A DNA stretch of 64,000 nt from a virus. Positions 39,226 to 49,367 of the stretch are shown one piece after another; the stretch's first letter is position 1; every line of letters begins with the position of its first letter. Where the stretch lies: IMG/VR virus record IMGVR_UViG_3300045918_000145, positions 3,872 to 67,871 of that record. One strand, given 5' to 3'. The position numbers and the translations under genes are program-made. The notes beneath the pieces were generated by a model. The model searched no databases and was not told the origin of the DNA. It saw nothing but the letters and a program-made list of their open reading frames with translations.

Positions 39226-40764
39226 CTAGATTTTGGCTACTGTTTTCAGAACTGCAATACGCTCTGGACGAAGTGCCATGAAACCATAATACCACTTGAT
39301 GGACATAAATCCAGTTTCACCATAAGGATCATTTGCATAAGACTCAGGAGAACCTGGCTTAGCATGTTTGATGGTGAATTTGGAACTTGCACCACTAGTC
39401 TGGAAACCAATAGTAGTGAAGGAAGCATCACCTACAACCAGCATAGGGAATACGTCATACTTAGCAGCAGTTGCGCGATACCCAGCATTTGTACCCTCAG
39501 CTGCTCCTACACCAGCCCAATGCATCATCTCAGGAACAACGACCATACGGAACTGACCAACAGTTCCGATCTCGCCATTAAGTACAGAACCTGCATCAGC
39601 ATAATGTGCAACACTGATGAATGCCTGGTTGTTGAAATAATCTTTCATCTGTTCAACAGTCAGGGTCAATTCTGAACCAATGTACATTACGCGACCTGCA
39701 CGAATGACTTTGGTATCAACCATACGTGAACCAGAGATAACTTTGGTTGTCTTAGGGCAACGGTTGTTATCCAGTTCAACTGACAGACGAGAGAGGTCAG
39801 CGTAAGTTACTTCAGTAATACCAGAAGCAGTTACACCTGTCATGGTGCTATTGGATACGCCTCCACCAGCGTAATAAACAACGCCAGCCTGAGTAAGAAG
39901 ATCCAACTGAAGAAGGTCTTCTACTATCTCATTTGCGCCAAAGATCATCTCACGATTGATGTGCATCTCAAGTTCTGAATCAGTATCGAAATCCAGAGAT
40001 TCCTGAGTGTACTCATCGAAGAAACCGTACTTCTTGAATGTACCCTCAAGCTCTACACGAGTAAAACCAACACGGTTAACACGACCACCAGTTTCTGTCA
40101 GTGTTGGGAACTTACCAGTGATAGTACCGATGTCTTTGCTCGAACCGTAAAGATTACCAGCAGAAGAAACAACGGATGTATCAAGACCAGTAGCAGTAGT
40201 AACTGTTACACCTTTGTTGTCAGTGAAACGGAAACCAAGATCATAAGCAGAACCTGCTCCAGTGTTAACCAGAGTAGCAAAGCCAGCATCACCAGCAGCT
40301 ACAGCAAGACCAAGACCCTGAGCAACTTTGATCTGATTAGCCCAGTTGATAACTTTATCACGAGCAGCATCAGAAGCAAGAATTGCAGAAGCAGCAGTTC
40401 CGGTAAAGTAAATCTTACCACCGACATTCGTGCAACCATCAAGAATTGGAATCCAAGGAATGGAGCCATCTGCTTTGGTCATGATCAGTGTACATTCAAA
40501 TACAGCACCAGCACCCAGAGCAATAACGCCAGCAGCATCAATACCCTGATCCGTAAGGTTGGCATCATCAAGCAGAGGAACATAGTGGTAACGCTTTATT
40601 TTCTTGCCCATGTTTTTAGGCATAGCAGTTGTGTCAGCCAGAGGGCTAAAATACTGATCTTTTTTAACTTCAATCAGAGCCTGTTTGATAAAATTGTCAG
40701 TACGAATCTGACTACCCACAGTGGAGGCTGTTCCGCCAACTGGGTTATTGTATTGCATTCCCAT
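39226..40764 (-). CDS. Major capsid protein (N4 gp56-like) with an ~120-aa insertion
   Basis: YHYVPLLDD, DQGIDAAG, GNLYGSSKDIG, TETGGRVNRVGF, DPYGETGFMSIKWYYG. Confidence 0.95.
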   Translation of the reverse strand: MGMQYNNPVGGTASTVGSQIRTDNFIKQALIEVKKDQYFSPLADTTAMPKNMGKKIKRYHYVPLLDDANLTDQGIDAAGVIALGAGAVFECTLIMTKADGSIPWIPILDGCTNVGGKIYFTGTAASAILASDAARDKVINWANQIKVAQGLGLAVAAGDAGFATLVNTGAGSAYDLGFRFTDNKGVTVTTATGLDTSVVSSAGNLYGSSKDIGTITGKFPTLTETGGRVNRVGFTRVELEGTFKKYGFFDEYTQESLDFDTDSELEMHINREMIFGANEIVEDLLQLDLLTQAGVVYYAGGGVSNSTMTGVTASGITEVTYADLSRLSVELDNNRCPKTTKVISGSRMVDTKVIRAGRVMYIGSELTLTVEQMKDYFNNQAFISVAHYADAGSVLNGEIGTVGQFRMVVVPEMMHWAGVGAAEGTNAGYRATAAKYDVFPMLVVGDASFTTIGFQTSGASSKFTIKHAKPGSPESYANDPYGETGFMSIKWYYGFMALRPERIAVLKTVAKI

Positions 40765-40786
40765 GATATTTTCCTTTTAGCATCCT

Positions 40787-41959
40787 TTAGATGCGTAGTT
40801 TATTTAGTTTCACAAAGTCTTCATCAGACATCTCAAGAGGATTGTAGTTATTGGTATCTTTAACTACAGTCTTCTGCTGCCGTGAAGGACTAGCAGCTTG
40901 TTTACGATTTAACCGATCCTGCTCACTTGTATCGCTGTTTGTACTAGTTTGGGTTGTCTGTTTAGTCTGATTATGATTACCATTAGTTTGGTTTACATTG
41001 GCAGTCTTGAACATACTGTTCTCATGCATATAAGTCCCAACTCTTTGGTAAGCATCAAAATCACTAACACCAGACAATTTACCAAGACTACGTTCATAAG
41101 CGACAGCTTCTACAACTTGGTCATAAATACCACTTTCCATATGCATATTGATTGCCCGTATAGCTTCTGGGTTCTTAGCTATGGATGTTCTGCTCATTGA
41201 ATCCCATTCTTCGCCTAAGACAGTGAGAGTTTTATTATAGACAGGGCTGGAACTAATAGATTCCAGTACCTCATCAAGTAAAAGCTCTGTGTCATTAATA
41301 GTACGAGTAGATGGGGTGTAAGATTCAGCACCTTGTAAGTCAATAGTCATTGGGTCAACACCACTGTCTTTTAACAGTTGTGTGATTGCCTCTGGTTTCT
41401 TTTGACTTAGATCAATTAGATAATTAAGTTTAGCTTCATCAAGTAAACCATGATTTTCTAACAATTTCAACGTTTTTAAAGAAGGCTTCAATCCAGCCAT
41501 CTTTTTATGATAATTTGCACCCATCTGCATAAGTTGAATTGCATCATCAACGGACTTGATTTTCATCGTAGTACCGTTGGCTTTAAACTCAGCTAAGAGC
41601 TGCTTACCGATAGCAGCATAATCAGGCTCAGTATCAGACTCTTTAACCTTGTCATCAGTTTTATCTGATGTCGTGTCTGCTGTTTTAGTTGTATCGTCTA
41701 CAACAGTCTTATCGGAGGTTGTAGTAGTATCATCTGCTACTGGACCTTCATCGGTAGCATGTTCATCATCACCAGCGTCAGAACCTGAATCGTCATCTGA
41801 TTGGTCATCTGCAGAACTATCGTCTGTAGATGTATCAGTTGTGGTGTCTGTGGTTGTAGTTGTTTGAGTGTCTGTAGAAGGATTTGATTTAAAAGAATCA
41901 ACACCCTGCTTCAGAAATTCCTCATCGGACATTTCCAGTGCTTCAGCAGGATTAGCCAT
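40787..41959 (-). CDS. N4 gp57-like protein (annotated tape measure/scaffold)
   Basis: LEMSDEEF at both ends, D/T-rich linker, FKANG...MQMGANY. Confidence 0.85.
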   Translation of the reverse strand: MANPAEALEMSDEEFLKQGVDSFKSNPSTDTQTTTTTDTTTDTSTDDSSADDQSDDDSGSDAGDDEHATDEGPVADDTTTTSDKTVVDDTTKTADTTSDKTDDKVKESDTEPDYAAIGKQLLAEFKANGTTMKIKSVDDAIQLMQMGANYHKKMAGLKPSLKTLKLLENHGLLDEAKLNYLIDLSQKKPEAITQLLKDSGVDPMTIDLQGAESYTPSTRTINDTELLLDEVLESISSSPVYNKTLTVLGEEWDSMSRTSIAKNPEAIRAINMHMESGIYDQVVEAVAYERSLGKLSGVSDFDAYQRVGTYMHENSMFKTANVNQTNGNHNQTKQTTQTSTNSDTSEQDRLNRKQAASPSRQQKTVVKDTNNYNPLEMSDEDFVKLNKLRI

Positions 41960-42305
41960 TAGTCAATTCCTCCTTAAGAAGCTCTTCACGAGTGTTCTCA
42001 TCTTCGCCAATAGCTACTTCAGCATTAAGACCCTGTGTATAAACAGCAATTAAATACTGCTTCAACTGACCTATAGCATTAATCTGCTGATCAACTATTT
42101 TCTGGCTCTTTTCATCCTGCATACCAGGATGTGCTTTAAGCATTACCTGTCTAATAGCATGAGACTCAAGAAAATCTTTTTCGATCAGTTCTTTGAAATC
42201 AGGATTGCTTTGGAGTCTAACCAACCGATCCTTACGAGCTACATCTTTTTTAGCCTGTTCAATTGTAATCTCTAACTTTGCCAACTCTTCTGCTCTTTCA
42301 CTCAT
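41952..42305 (-). CDS. N4 gp58-like protein
   Basis: RLQSNPDFKELIEKDFL; start refined after AAGGAG. Confidence 0.75.
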   Translation of the reverse strand: MSERAEELAKLEITIEQAKKDVARKDRLVRLQSNPDFKELIEKDFLESHAIRQVMLKAHPGMQDEKSQKIVDQQINAIGQLKQYLIAVYTQGLNAEVAIGEDENTREELLKEELTNG

Positions 42306-42370
42306 TGTGAATCTCCTTGTGTCCTCACTATCCATTGTCGATGTGAGATGCTTGGTTTGGTGCTGCTATC

Positions 42371-43060
42371 TTAATAATTTGCCCATTGTTTAAGTCTATC
42401 AACTACGTTTAAATCATTACCTACTTGAGCAACATTTGCCCCTATTGCTATTTTGCCACCATGCTTAATAGCTTTCTCAGTAGCTCTATTCATAAAGTCG
42501 CCTTTACGTAGTTGCTTTAACATATAGGCAGATGGTCCACCAAAAAATGTAGTACCTAACTTAGTTGCTGCTGCTCCACCTGGAATTACTTGTGCCGCAG
42601 CTAATACAGCACTTTTGGTATCACCGTTTTCTATAGCAGTTTTATAGTCATCTACTGCTATTGGAATATTTACAGCACTATATGGAGTAAACTGCGCTGC
42701 AGTTCTAAGTATATTAGTTGCAGTGTCTGCCCCTTCTTGATTCCACTCTGTCTTTCCTAGTGTATCTTTAGGAGCAGCATCTATTGATTTCCATTTACCT
42801 GCTAATTCAGGATCACCATTTGGATCATAACCGCCATCCATAGGTTGATCATCATTAGCTTTGATAATTTGATCTATTGTATTACCCGGATCGAGTCCAC
42901 CGTGACCTCTTGGTATAGTAGACACATATTCATTCTGTGGTAAACGCATTCCTTTAGTATCTACTTTCTTACTACCCCAAGACTTCATTTTATCAGGACT
43001 ACCAAACTGAGCCTTTGGATAAAAGAAGTCATCCAAATTTATGGAACCAAAGTCAGCCAT
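42371..43060 (-). CDS. Accessory protein between portal and gp58 with a pre-toxin-TG-like helical segment
   Basis: AQFTPYSAVNIP...GDTKSAVLAAAQVIPGG. Confidence 0.45.
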   Translation of the reverse strand: MADFGSINLDDFFYPKAQFGSPDKMKSWGSKKVDTKGMRLPQNEYVSTIPRGHGGLDPGNTIDQIIKANDDQPMDGGYDPNGDPELAGKWKSIDAAPKDTLGKTEWNQEGADTATNILRTAAQFTPYSAVNIPIAVDDYKTAIENGDTKSAVLAAAQVIPGGAAATKLGTTFFGGPSAYMLKQLRKGDFMNRATEKAIKHGGKIAIGANVAQVGNDLNVVDRLKQWANY

Positions 43061-43062
43061 GA

Positions 43063-45255
43063 TTAAACTTTAGCAGGAGCGTTCTGTTGTTTAGCCATTT
43101 CTTTAACAAGAGCATTATTATCTTTGGTATTCTGCATCTCTATGTTCTGTTGATGCTTAGTACCATCAGATTCTTGCAAATAATCCAAATCCTGCTTATC
43201 AGCCATTGATTTATGGAGTTTACCTTTGGCTTCTGCTTCACCTGTTTTAGCTTGGTTAAGTTCAGCCTGAGAAGCGTCCTTCATTCCGCGTCCTTGAACT
43301 GCCTGTGCATTAGCACCATGTTCAGCTGCAAGAGCATTTTCTTTAGCGATCTGAGCTTTAAGTAGTTCAAGTTTTAATTGTTGTTCAGCCTGTACAAATG
43401 GATCAGGTTGCGGCTGATATTTTTCAATCTGCTGTGCAAGGTCAGGCATTTTACGAAGTCTAGCAATCTTGGCTAGGATCATCTTCATAAACTCAATGTC
43501 CATACTAGGGCCAGCAGTTTGAAGCATATACGCAAGTTCCTGAGCCTGTGAAGCGTCTTCCTCTGCTGTACTAATACTAAGCCTTAGATCAAATTTGCCA
43601 GCCAGGTCATCACGCCTAACCTGAATAAATTTATCATCGGTAATCCTAACCACTTCTTCAGCAGATAGGAATTCTGAGTTCATTGCTATGATCTTACGAC
43701 CTACATCAATAATTCCATTAGCCAATCTTCTCAATATACCAAGCTCTCGTTTCGCTGCCGCATCCAACGCGCTACGCGCATTTGATGCTACGCTTCCGAG
43801 AGCTTGGGAATTTATACCTGAGTTGTACGCCTTTACTCCAGTGAGGCTCTCAGCCTCTGTATTCTGCACATTGAGCATGTCAAATACTGAACGAGGAATC
43901 TCAGGAAACTTATGCATGTACACACCTTGATTAGGGTCTACATTTGCATTGAATTCATAATCCTGACCCTTCTTGAACTTACGTAGGTTAGTTACATCAA
44001 GCATGTCTTTACGCATACCAGTTTGACTATTAGCAGACTTAGCCATTAAGTCAATAGCACCGCGAGTTACAGCTCCTATGATGTCCTGATTGTCTTTAAG
44101 CAACTCACCATCAGGCTCACCAAATACAGACTCTCTAACAGGCATATAGACAGCCATAACGAATGGAGGTCTATGATCAGGGAATGGATTCAGTTCCATA
44201 CGGATGACTGTAGTACCTACCCATGAACAGACTATCTGCTTGGTTGTGCCATCACCATCTACATCCCACTCGCCCCAGTAGGTATAAACTATGAACTGCT
44301 TACGAGCTTTGTCTTTAAAGCTAAACGTATTAGAGTCAGCTGAGTTGGTAAAGTTTGCTGTAGTGTTTGGAGTCTCTACAGCGTCAATATTGATATTGTC
44401 AAGATTCTTATACTTACCGTCTTTCTTAAGAGATGAAAGTGAAGTCTTAAACTTTTCACCAATGAATACTGCTTTAGCTAGGTCACCACCACAAGATGGA
44501 TCAATAATAATATTCTCGCTAGGAACAATATCTACAGTCGGATGGTTACTAGTTTCTACTTGTTTAAGAACAGTTTCCTCTCCAACTTCTCTAGCAAATA
44601 ATGCTGTACCATCCTTCTGATACATATCTAAAGCATGATTCAAACCAGGCGTACTTTCATCAGCATAAGCCTCTGGATCTTCAACTCGAAGCTTTATTAA
44701 CTGATCATACATCTTAGCTAACTCACCGCCAGAGTCATCTTTCATATACTCATAGGTGGGAGTAGTAACTTCTACTTCTTCAGTAACTGAAAGCCAACCA
44801 GTCTTAACTATAACTGTTCCAATATCAACAGCATCTCGTACATAATCATCAATGAATTTAACTTTATTGATCTGAGTATTGAATTGCTGATTGAGAACTA
44901 ATTCATTTTGTTTTGCTCGCTTAACGTCACCAGCAGTTTCAGGATAAACATTATATAAGTCAGGAGTACTAAGGAACGGATCAGCTAATGAGGAGTATCT
45001 CCACTCACCTTGCTTACGAATAAGCTTAGGTGCAACATTAGATCTGCCTTCTACTTTAGTTCTAACGTTAGCTCTATTAGCAAGCCAAGCTATAACATTG
45101 CTTCTGTGAGTTTCTTGATCTATCTCAGCGTCATCAATGTTTTCTTTTAGATCAGCTATTGTTGGTTCATTTTTCCAATTGGTGAGCTTCTTGTCATTAT
45201 CAGACTCAGTATCCTCTTGGTCAAGATCATCATCAAAGCTTTCTGTATCTTGCAT
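43063..45255 (-). CDS. Portal protein (N4 gp59-like)
   Basis: WKNEPTIADLK, GRSNVAPKLIRKQGEWRYSSL, GEPDGELL, SLTGVKAY, RRLANG. Confidence 0.95.
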   Translation of the reverse strand: MQDTESFDDDLDQEDTESDNDKKLTNWKNEPTIADLKENIDDAEIDQETHRSNVIAWLANRANVRTKVEGRSNVAPKLIRKQGEWRYSSLADPFLSTPDLYNVYPETAGDVKRAKQNELVLNQQFNTQINKVKFIDDYVRDAVDIGTVIVKTGWLSVTEEVEVTTPTYEYMKDDSGGELAKMYDQLIKLRVEDPEAYADESTPGLNHALDMYQKDGTALFAREVGEETVLKQVETSNHPTVDIVPSENIIIDPSCGGDLAKAVFIGEKFKTSLSSLKKDGKYKNLDNINIDAVETPNTTANFTNSADSNTFSFKDKARKQFIVYTYWGEWDVDGDGTTKQIVCSWVGTTVIRMELNPFPDHRPPFVMAVYMPVRESVFGEPDGELLKDNQDIIGAVTRGAIDLMAKSANSQTGMRKDMLDVTNLRKFKKGQDYEFNANVDPNQGVYMHKFPEIPRSVFDMLNVQNTEAESLTGVKAYNSGINSQALGSVASNARSALDAAAKRELGILRRLANGIIDVGRKIIAMNSEFLSAEEVVRITDDKFIQVRRDDLAGKFDLRLSISTAEEDASQAQELAYMLQTAGPSMDIEFMKMILAKIARLRKMPDLAQQIEKYQPQPDPFVQAEQQLKLELLKAQIAKENALAAEHGANAQAVQGRGMKDASQAELNQAKTGEAEAKGKLHKSMADKQDLDYLQESDGTKHQQNIEMQNTKDNNALVKEMAKQQNAPAKV

Positions 45256-45289
45256 AATAGTTTCCTATGTAGAAATTATAATTTATGCT

Positions 45290-45318
45290 GCTATACCGTG
45301 GTTTGGTACACCTGTCAA
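45290..45318 (-). promoter_or_regulatory. Candidate sigma70 late promoter upstream of the portal gene
   Basis: TTGACA-N17-TATAGC on the minus strand. Confidence 0.45.
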
Positions 45319-45873
45319 CTAAAACCGATATTCTAGGTTTATTTCAGCAAAACCTTCACCTTTATCTAAGGCTCTATTAACTTTGCCAGTTGCCCCACCT
45401 TGTAAGTGAATATCTTTGATCCTAAGAATATCTCGCTTATAATATCCTTTGAACTTCTGTTCACCATCAAAGTGTTGTTCGATCCCACCACCAATGTAAT
45501 TGTTATTCTCAAAAGCAAACCAAGGAGCTTTCTTATTCTCTACCTGACTAGTTACTTCACCTGATTGAGTATCTATCTTTACAAGAACAGTGGCCCCATT
45601 TGGGGCTGGTGGAATATCAGCTGTATCAACCCATTCTTCGTCATCCTTGATCTGAGCTTCAGGAAACTTATCTTTTACATCGCCTTTGTCTACTACTTTG
45701 ACAGGAGGTTTAATTACTGGCCCATTTTTCTTAGGACTATCTACAGCTGGTTTTGGTTGTATGAAACCTTTGTCAGGAGTAGGCACTGGCTTAAACCATA
45801 TAGACCATACGCCATAAATAGCAATTAGTAATATAGCCACTAGACCTGCAACGTTATTCTTTAGGTACTCCAT
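45319..45873 (-). CDS. Lysis-cassette membrane protein, spanin candidate
   Basis: N-terminal TM helix, Pro-rich linker, C-terminal amphipathic beta-strands ending EINLEYRF. Confidence 0.45.
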   Translation of the reverse strand: MEYLKNNVAGLVAILLIAIYGVWSIWFKPVPTPDKGFIQPKPAVDSPKKNGPVIKPPVKVVDKGDVKDKFPEAQIKDDEEWVDTADIPPAPNGATVLVKIDTQSGEVTSQVENKKAPWFAFENNNYIGGGIEQHFDGEQKFKGYYKRDILRIKDIHLQGGATGKVNRALDKGEGFAEINLEYRF

Positions 45874-46066
45874 CAGTTTTTGCTCCTGTTACTCCAAATC
45901 TACTTTTGATGACTGCTGAAATCCATTCAAATCCACCGACAGTGGCGAGGTACACTAACAGAATCCAAGGATCTACTCCGTACTTGTATCCATCCCATAG
46001 AACTAGAATGGTAGCTGTTGCACATGCTACGTTACGCCATACTCTTGATGTGTTCACAGGACTCAT
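45854..46066 (-). CDS. Holin candidate (two TM segments)
   Basis: 70 aa, two hydrophobic helices and a charged C-tail, next to the endolysin. Confidence 0.5.
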   Translation of the reverse strand: MSPVNTSRVWRNVACATATILVLWDGYKYGVDPWILLVYLATVGGFEWISAVIKSRFGVTGAKTDGVPKE

Positions 46067-46204
46067 TTGACACTCCCTATACACTGTTTACAGATTGTGC
46101 ATTCTTCCCAATCTTTACTTACCCAACCTTGTTTTGGACACATCTTCATATGATCTCTCCAGAAAGATAGATTTTGATAAGTCATCAACTCTGTAAGAAA
46201 ATCT

Positions 46205-46675
46205 CTATCCAACGATAATCTCCCGATTGCGCCAAGCGACTTGAACTTCCTTCCACTTCTTGTGTTCGCTGTGAGGGGCATCGAATAGATTCTTGAAGTA
46301 GAATCCTGAGCACAGTCCATGATCCACTGAAATATCAGCCGCAATCTTCCATATCTTTGTAGGAGCTTCCCACCAGATTACATCCTTATGAACCATTGGA
46401 ACAATATCACGAGCAAGATTGAAATTATGAGGAGACTGCCCACCGTCAGCGCAAGTAACAAGTTCATCGGATTCATCAACCAGTCCATCATGATCGTTAT
46501 CAATACCATCATGAGCTTGAATATAGAGGCCATGCTGTTCCTTTATGGATCTGTATGCTCCCGTTTTGGGAACAACCATCCATTCGTATCCTGTTTGTTT
46601 GTAGGCTTCCAAGCGAACAAGATCGCATGTAGCCAGAAAGTTATCCACCATTAGTTGATATTCTTGCTGGGTCAT
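46205..46675 (-). CDS. Endolysin, M15-family (L-Ala-D-Glu type) peptidase
   Basis: YRSIKEQ, QSPHNFNLARD (H...D zinc ligands), DAPH. Confidence 0.82.
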   Translation of the reverse strand: MTQQEYQLMVDNFLATCDLVRLEAYKQTGYEWMVVPKTGAYRSIKEQHGLYIQAHDGIDNDHDGLVDESDELVTCADGGQSPHNFNLARDIVPMVHKDVIWWEAPTKIWKIAADISVDHGLCSGFYFKNLFDAPHSEHKKWKEVQVAWRNREIIVG

Positions 46676-46944
46676 TTACAAATCTCCTTTGGGTTAATAC
46701 CAAGAATAAACCTTTGAAGATCCTGATCAGCATGTCGATGTTCTATCTTACCAATTCTATTTTCAAGTTCATTTATACGATTAAGTTCCCTACGTTCCTC
46801 AGAGAAATGAACATACATATTATGTTTCACATTGAAGTCACCAAGCACTTGAGAGATAGCAAGAACAATAAGTGCAATCCAAATAAGATACCATTTAGCC
46901 CTTCTATAACGATTTCCCCATCTACTAACTTCTGGTGTAGTCAT
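46672..46944 (-). CDS. Single-TM protein in the lysis cassette
   Basis: WYLIWIALIVLAISQVLG followed by a coiled coil. Confidence 0.55.
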   Translation of the reverse strand: MTTPEVSRWGNRYRRAKWYLIWIALIVLAISQVLGDFNVKHNMYVHFSEERRELNRINELENRIGKIEHRHADQDLQRFILGINPKEICK

Positions 46945-47285
46945 GGCTTGACTCCTTTTGATAAGGCAGTAGGAGCAATAGTATCTGTTCCAAGTGTCTT
47001 TAGAATAGATCCAGAATTCTTAAGAATTAAGATTAGTAAAACTGTTAAGCCAGCAATTAGAAATGCGTCTAAGACTTTAGTAAATCTACCCTTAAGCCAA
47101 CCAGATGTTTCAGATCTGAGACGAATACAGGAAGCGTGTTCAGTTTCTATACTTTTAAGTGAAGAAACAAGTTCTTTTATCTCTGTTACTAAAGCATCAA
47201 ACTTCTCAAATAGAGTAGACGTTTTTTCATCTACAGATATTCGATGTTCTTCAAGACGTGCAACTCGCTCTTCAATTGTCGGCAT
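46941..47285 (-). CDS. Coiled-coil plus C-terminal TM protein (holin/antiholin-like)
   Basis: EERVARLE N-terminus; FLIAGLTVLLILIL helix. Confidence 0.5.
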   Translation of the reverse strand: MPTIEERVARLEEHRISVDEKTSTLFEKFDALVTEIKELVSSLKSIETEHASCIRLRSETSGWLKGRFTKVLDAFLIAGLTVLLILILKNSGSILKTLGTDTIAPTALSKGVKP

Positions 47286-47475
47286 CAGTGGCTCCTAGAT
47301 TATACTGGTTTGGGATACTTGAGTTTTATTGCATTACAAGTGTCAATATAGTTTTGTACTTGTACAGGATCATTCTTAACAATACCATCAATATATTCAG
47401 AGATAGGAGGATACTCCATAGCCCTTGCTACATTGTAAGGATACAATGGATCAAGTTTTTCACTCATATAAACTC

Positions 47476-49161
47476 CTATCTAATTAATTTTTTTGTAAAT
47501 GATAGACGCATATAATCAAAGTCAAACTGTGTAGTGTTTGCAGCACCACTACTTGCGCCAGCAAATACACCATGATACATACTAGTTACATTTGGCATAT
47601 TTGAACTAGAATTATCTATTACCTCTGAGAACAATTGTGTACCATCTGCACCAAATATTTTACAGGTAACGGACTGCAGATCATCAGCTATTTTCATAGT
47701 TGCGCGATACCATGTTCCGATTGTAAAAGCGTAGTCTGCAGATGTTAATGTGACTCCGACTTTTGAAGCAAGAAATCTAATAGCTGTAGTTGAGTGCGAC
47801 ATGTCATAAATTAATGCTACTTGACTAGTTAATCCTCCAACTGTTAGTGAATTAAAAAATCCGGCTCGCATATATCCTGCAGTATTAGCAACGGGAATTC
47901 TAAATACGAACTCCATTTCTTCACCACCGGATAGTTGCAAAAGATCTGTACGAAACCAATAGGAACTGCCAGCTGTTGCACTATTTGCTAACCTAATAAT
48001 ACCTGGATGATTTGGTAATCCAACTTGTGTCGTACATGTGCCACCAACTAAAGCTTCTCCTAACCAAGGAGCGTTAGAGTTTGCTCCAGCTTGTAGAAAA
48101 TCTGTTTCATATGTAAGGTTAGATGTTGCTGTAATCCAACTCCTAACTCCAGCTGTGGTAGAAGCAAGCACCTTACCGTCCACGTCTGGATTTCCTAGCG
48201 AAGGTTCCGAAGTCGATATTGTATTACAGATCAAAGTCCAAGTTGCTGTTTGGAATTGATAAACATCTCCATTACTCTGAAGATAGAAGTCATTATTTAA
48301 TGGAATATCCGTTCCAAAGTCATGCGATGCTGGTACTTCACTGCCTGTCCACCAAGTATCATTGTAGCCAAGACGAGCGTACTCGTCTACAGTCAAAGTC
48401 CACGATTCAAGATGCCCATCACCAGTGTCTCCTCCTCCAAAAAGTTTCCGTGAATCCCCACCCCACCAAGCATTTTCAATCTTGAAAGTCCCACCACTTG
48501 ATAACGTGAACTGACCTCTACGCTGGTTGTAGCCATTAAGAGCATAACCACGTGTCCACGGTGTTAGATTTGATAGATCGTAGCCATGTCCGTCAGCAAG
48601 CAGGTCTGTTCTGACATAAACGTATTCATCACCAGATAGTGTCTCTATTTCATAAGAACCTTCGACAGTAGTTGGATCAAGTTGAATGAAAAAACTATTT
48701 ATCTCCTCATGTATCCTATTATCAATTATAATTTTACGAATACTGCTACTGCCGTTGAATATAAAAGGATTAGTAGGCGTAGTACCTATCCCAGCAGGGC
48801 TTTCTGATATTTCAGTAGGAGCTAATGTTACGATTAATGGTGACGGAACTGCACCTACATCAGCGGCTGTAATACCAGTGAGTGAAGTCGGAGTTATGGA
48901 GATTATTTTAGAAACTAAATCTCTACTCGCGGTCAACATCAAAAGTTCATCAGAAATATGTAACTGGGTGTTTGCACCAGTAAAGAGATTCTGCACACTT
49001 ATATCTGTAGCGGCCCCACTATTAGCTATACTTACTACGGTATTGCCAACTCCATTGTAACTCGGAGTTGCTTGTACGTCAGCAGCTGTAGTCGGCAAAT
49101 CAGTTATCTCAGCGAGTGTGTATTCAGTAGATGTATTATTATTTTTTATGGTAATTGACAT
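47476..49161 (-). CDS. Tail fibre / receptor-binding protein (mosaic, C-terminal lectin-like domain)
   Basis: T/S/G-rich; LGNPDVDGKVLASTTAGVRSW fibre linker; beta-rich C-terminus. Confidence 0.65.
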   Translation of the reverse strand: MSITIKNNNTSTEYTLAEITDLPTTAADVQATPSYNGVGNTVVSIANSGAATDISVQNLFTGANTQLHISDELLMLTASRDLVSKIISITPTSLTGITAADVGAVPSPLIVTLAPTEISESPAGIGTTPTNPFIFNGSSSIRKIIIDNRIHEEINSFFIQLDPTTVEGSYEIETLSGDEYVYVRTDLLADGHGYDLSNLTPWTRGYALNGYNQRRGQFTLSSGGTFKIENAWWGGDSRKLFGGGDTGDGHLESWTLTVDEYARLGYNDTWWTGSEVPASHDFGTDIPLNNDFYLQSNGDVYQFQTATWTLICNTISTSEPSLGNPDVDGKVLASTTAGVRSWITATSNLTYETDFLQAGANSNAPWLGEALVGGTCTTQVGLPNHPGIIRLANSATAGSSYWFRTDLLQLSGGEEMEFVFRIPVANTAGYMRAGFFNSLTVGGLTSQVALIYDMSHSTTAIRFLASKVGVTLTSADYAFTIGTWYRATMKIADDLQSVTCKIFGADGTQLFSEVIDNSSSNMPNVTSMYHGVFAGASSGAANTTQFDFDYMRLSFTKKLIR

Positions 49162-49367
49162 GCGTACGCTCCATCAAGAAAGGTTACTGGCTGATTATCC
49201 ATAAAGAACAGAGTTCCGTAAGGAAATATAGGCTGACTTTTAAAAACATACACAGCCGAACGTTTTGCTGAACAATTTATCTTAGTAGCAACACAAGACA
49301 TTACAAGTGAGACACTTGAACTTTTGCCCAATACTGTAATAAGTGATGTCTTAGCAGTTACGCTCAT
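49146..49367 (-). CDS. Hypothetical protein
   Basis: ATGA-coupled in the operon. Confidence 0.45.
   Translation of the reverse strand: MSVTAKTSLITVLGKSSSVSLVMSCVATKINCSAKRSAVYVFKSQPIFPYGTLFFMDNQPVTFLDGAYACQLP

Noticed and set aside
40787-41959. Asp/Thr-rich low-complexity repeats as a novel feature
   Set aside because: This is a normal feature of N4 gp57-like proteins.
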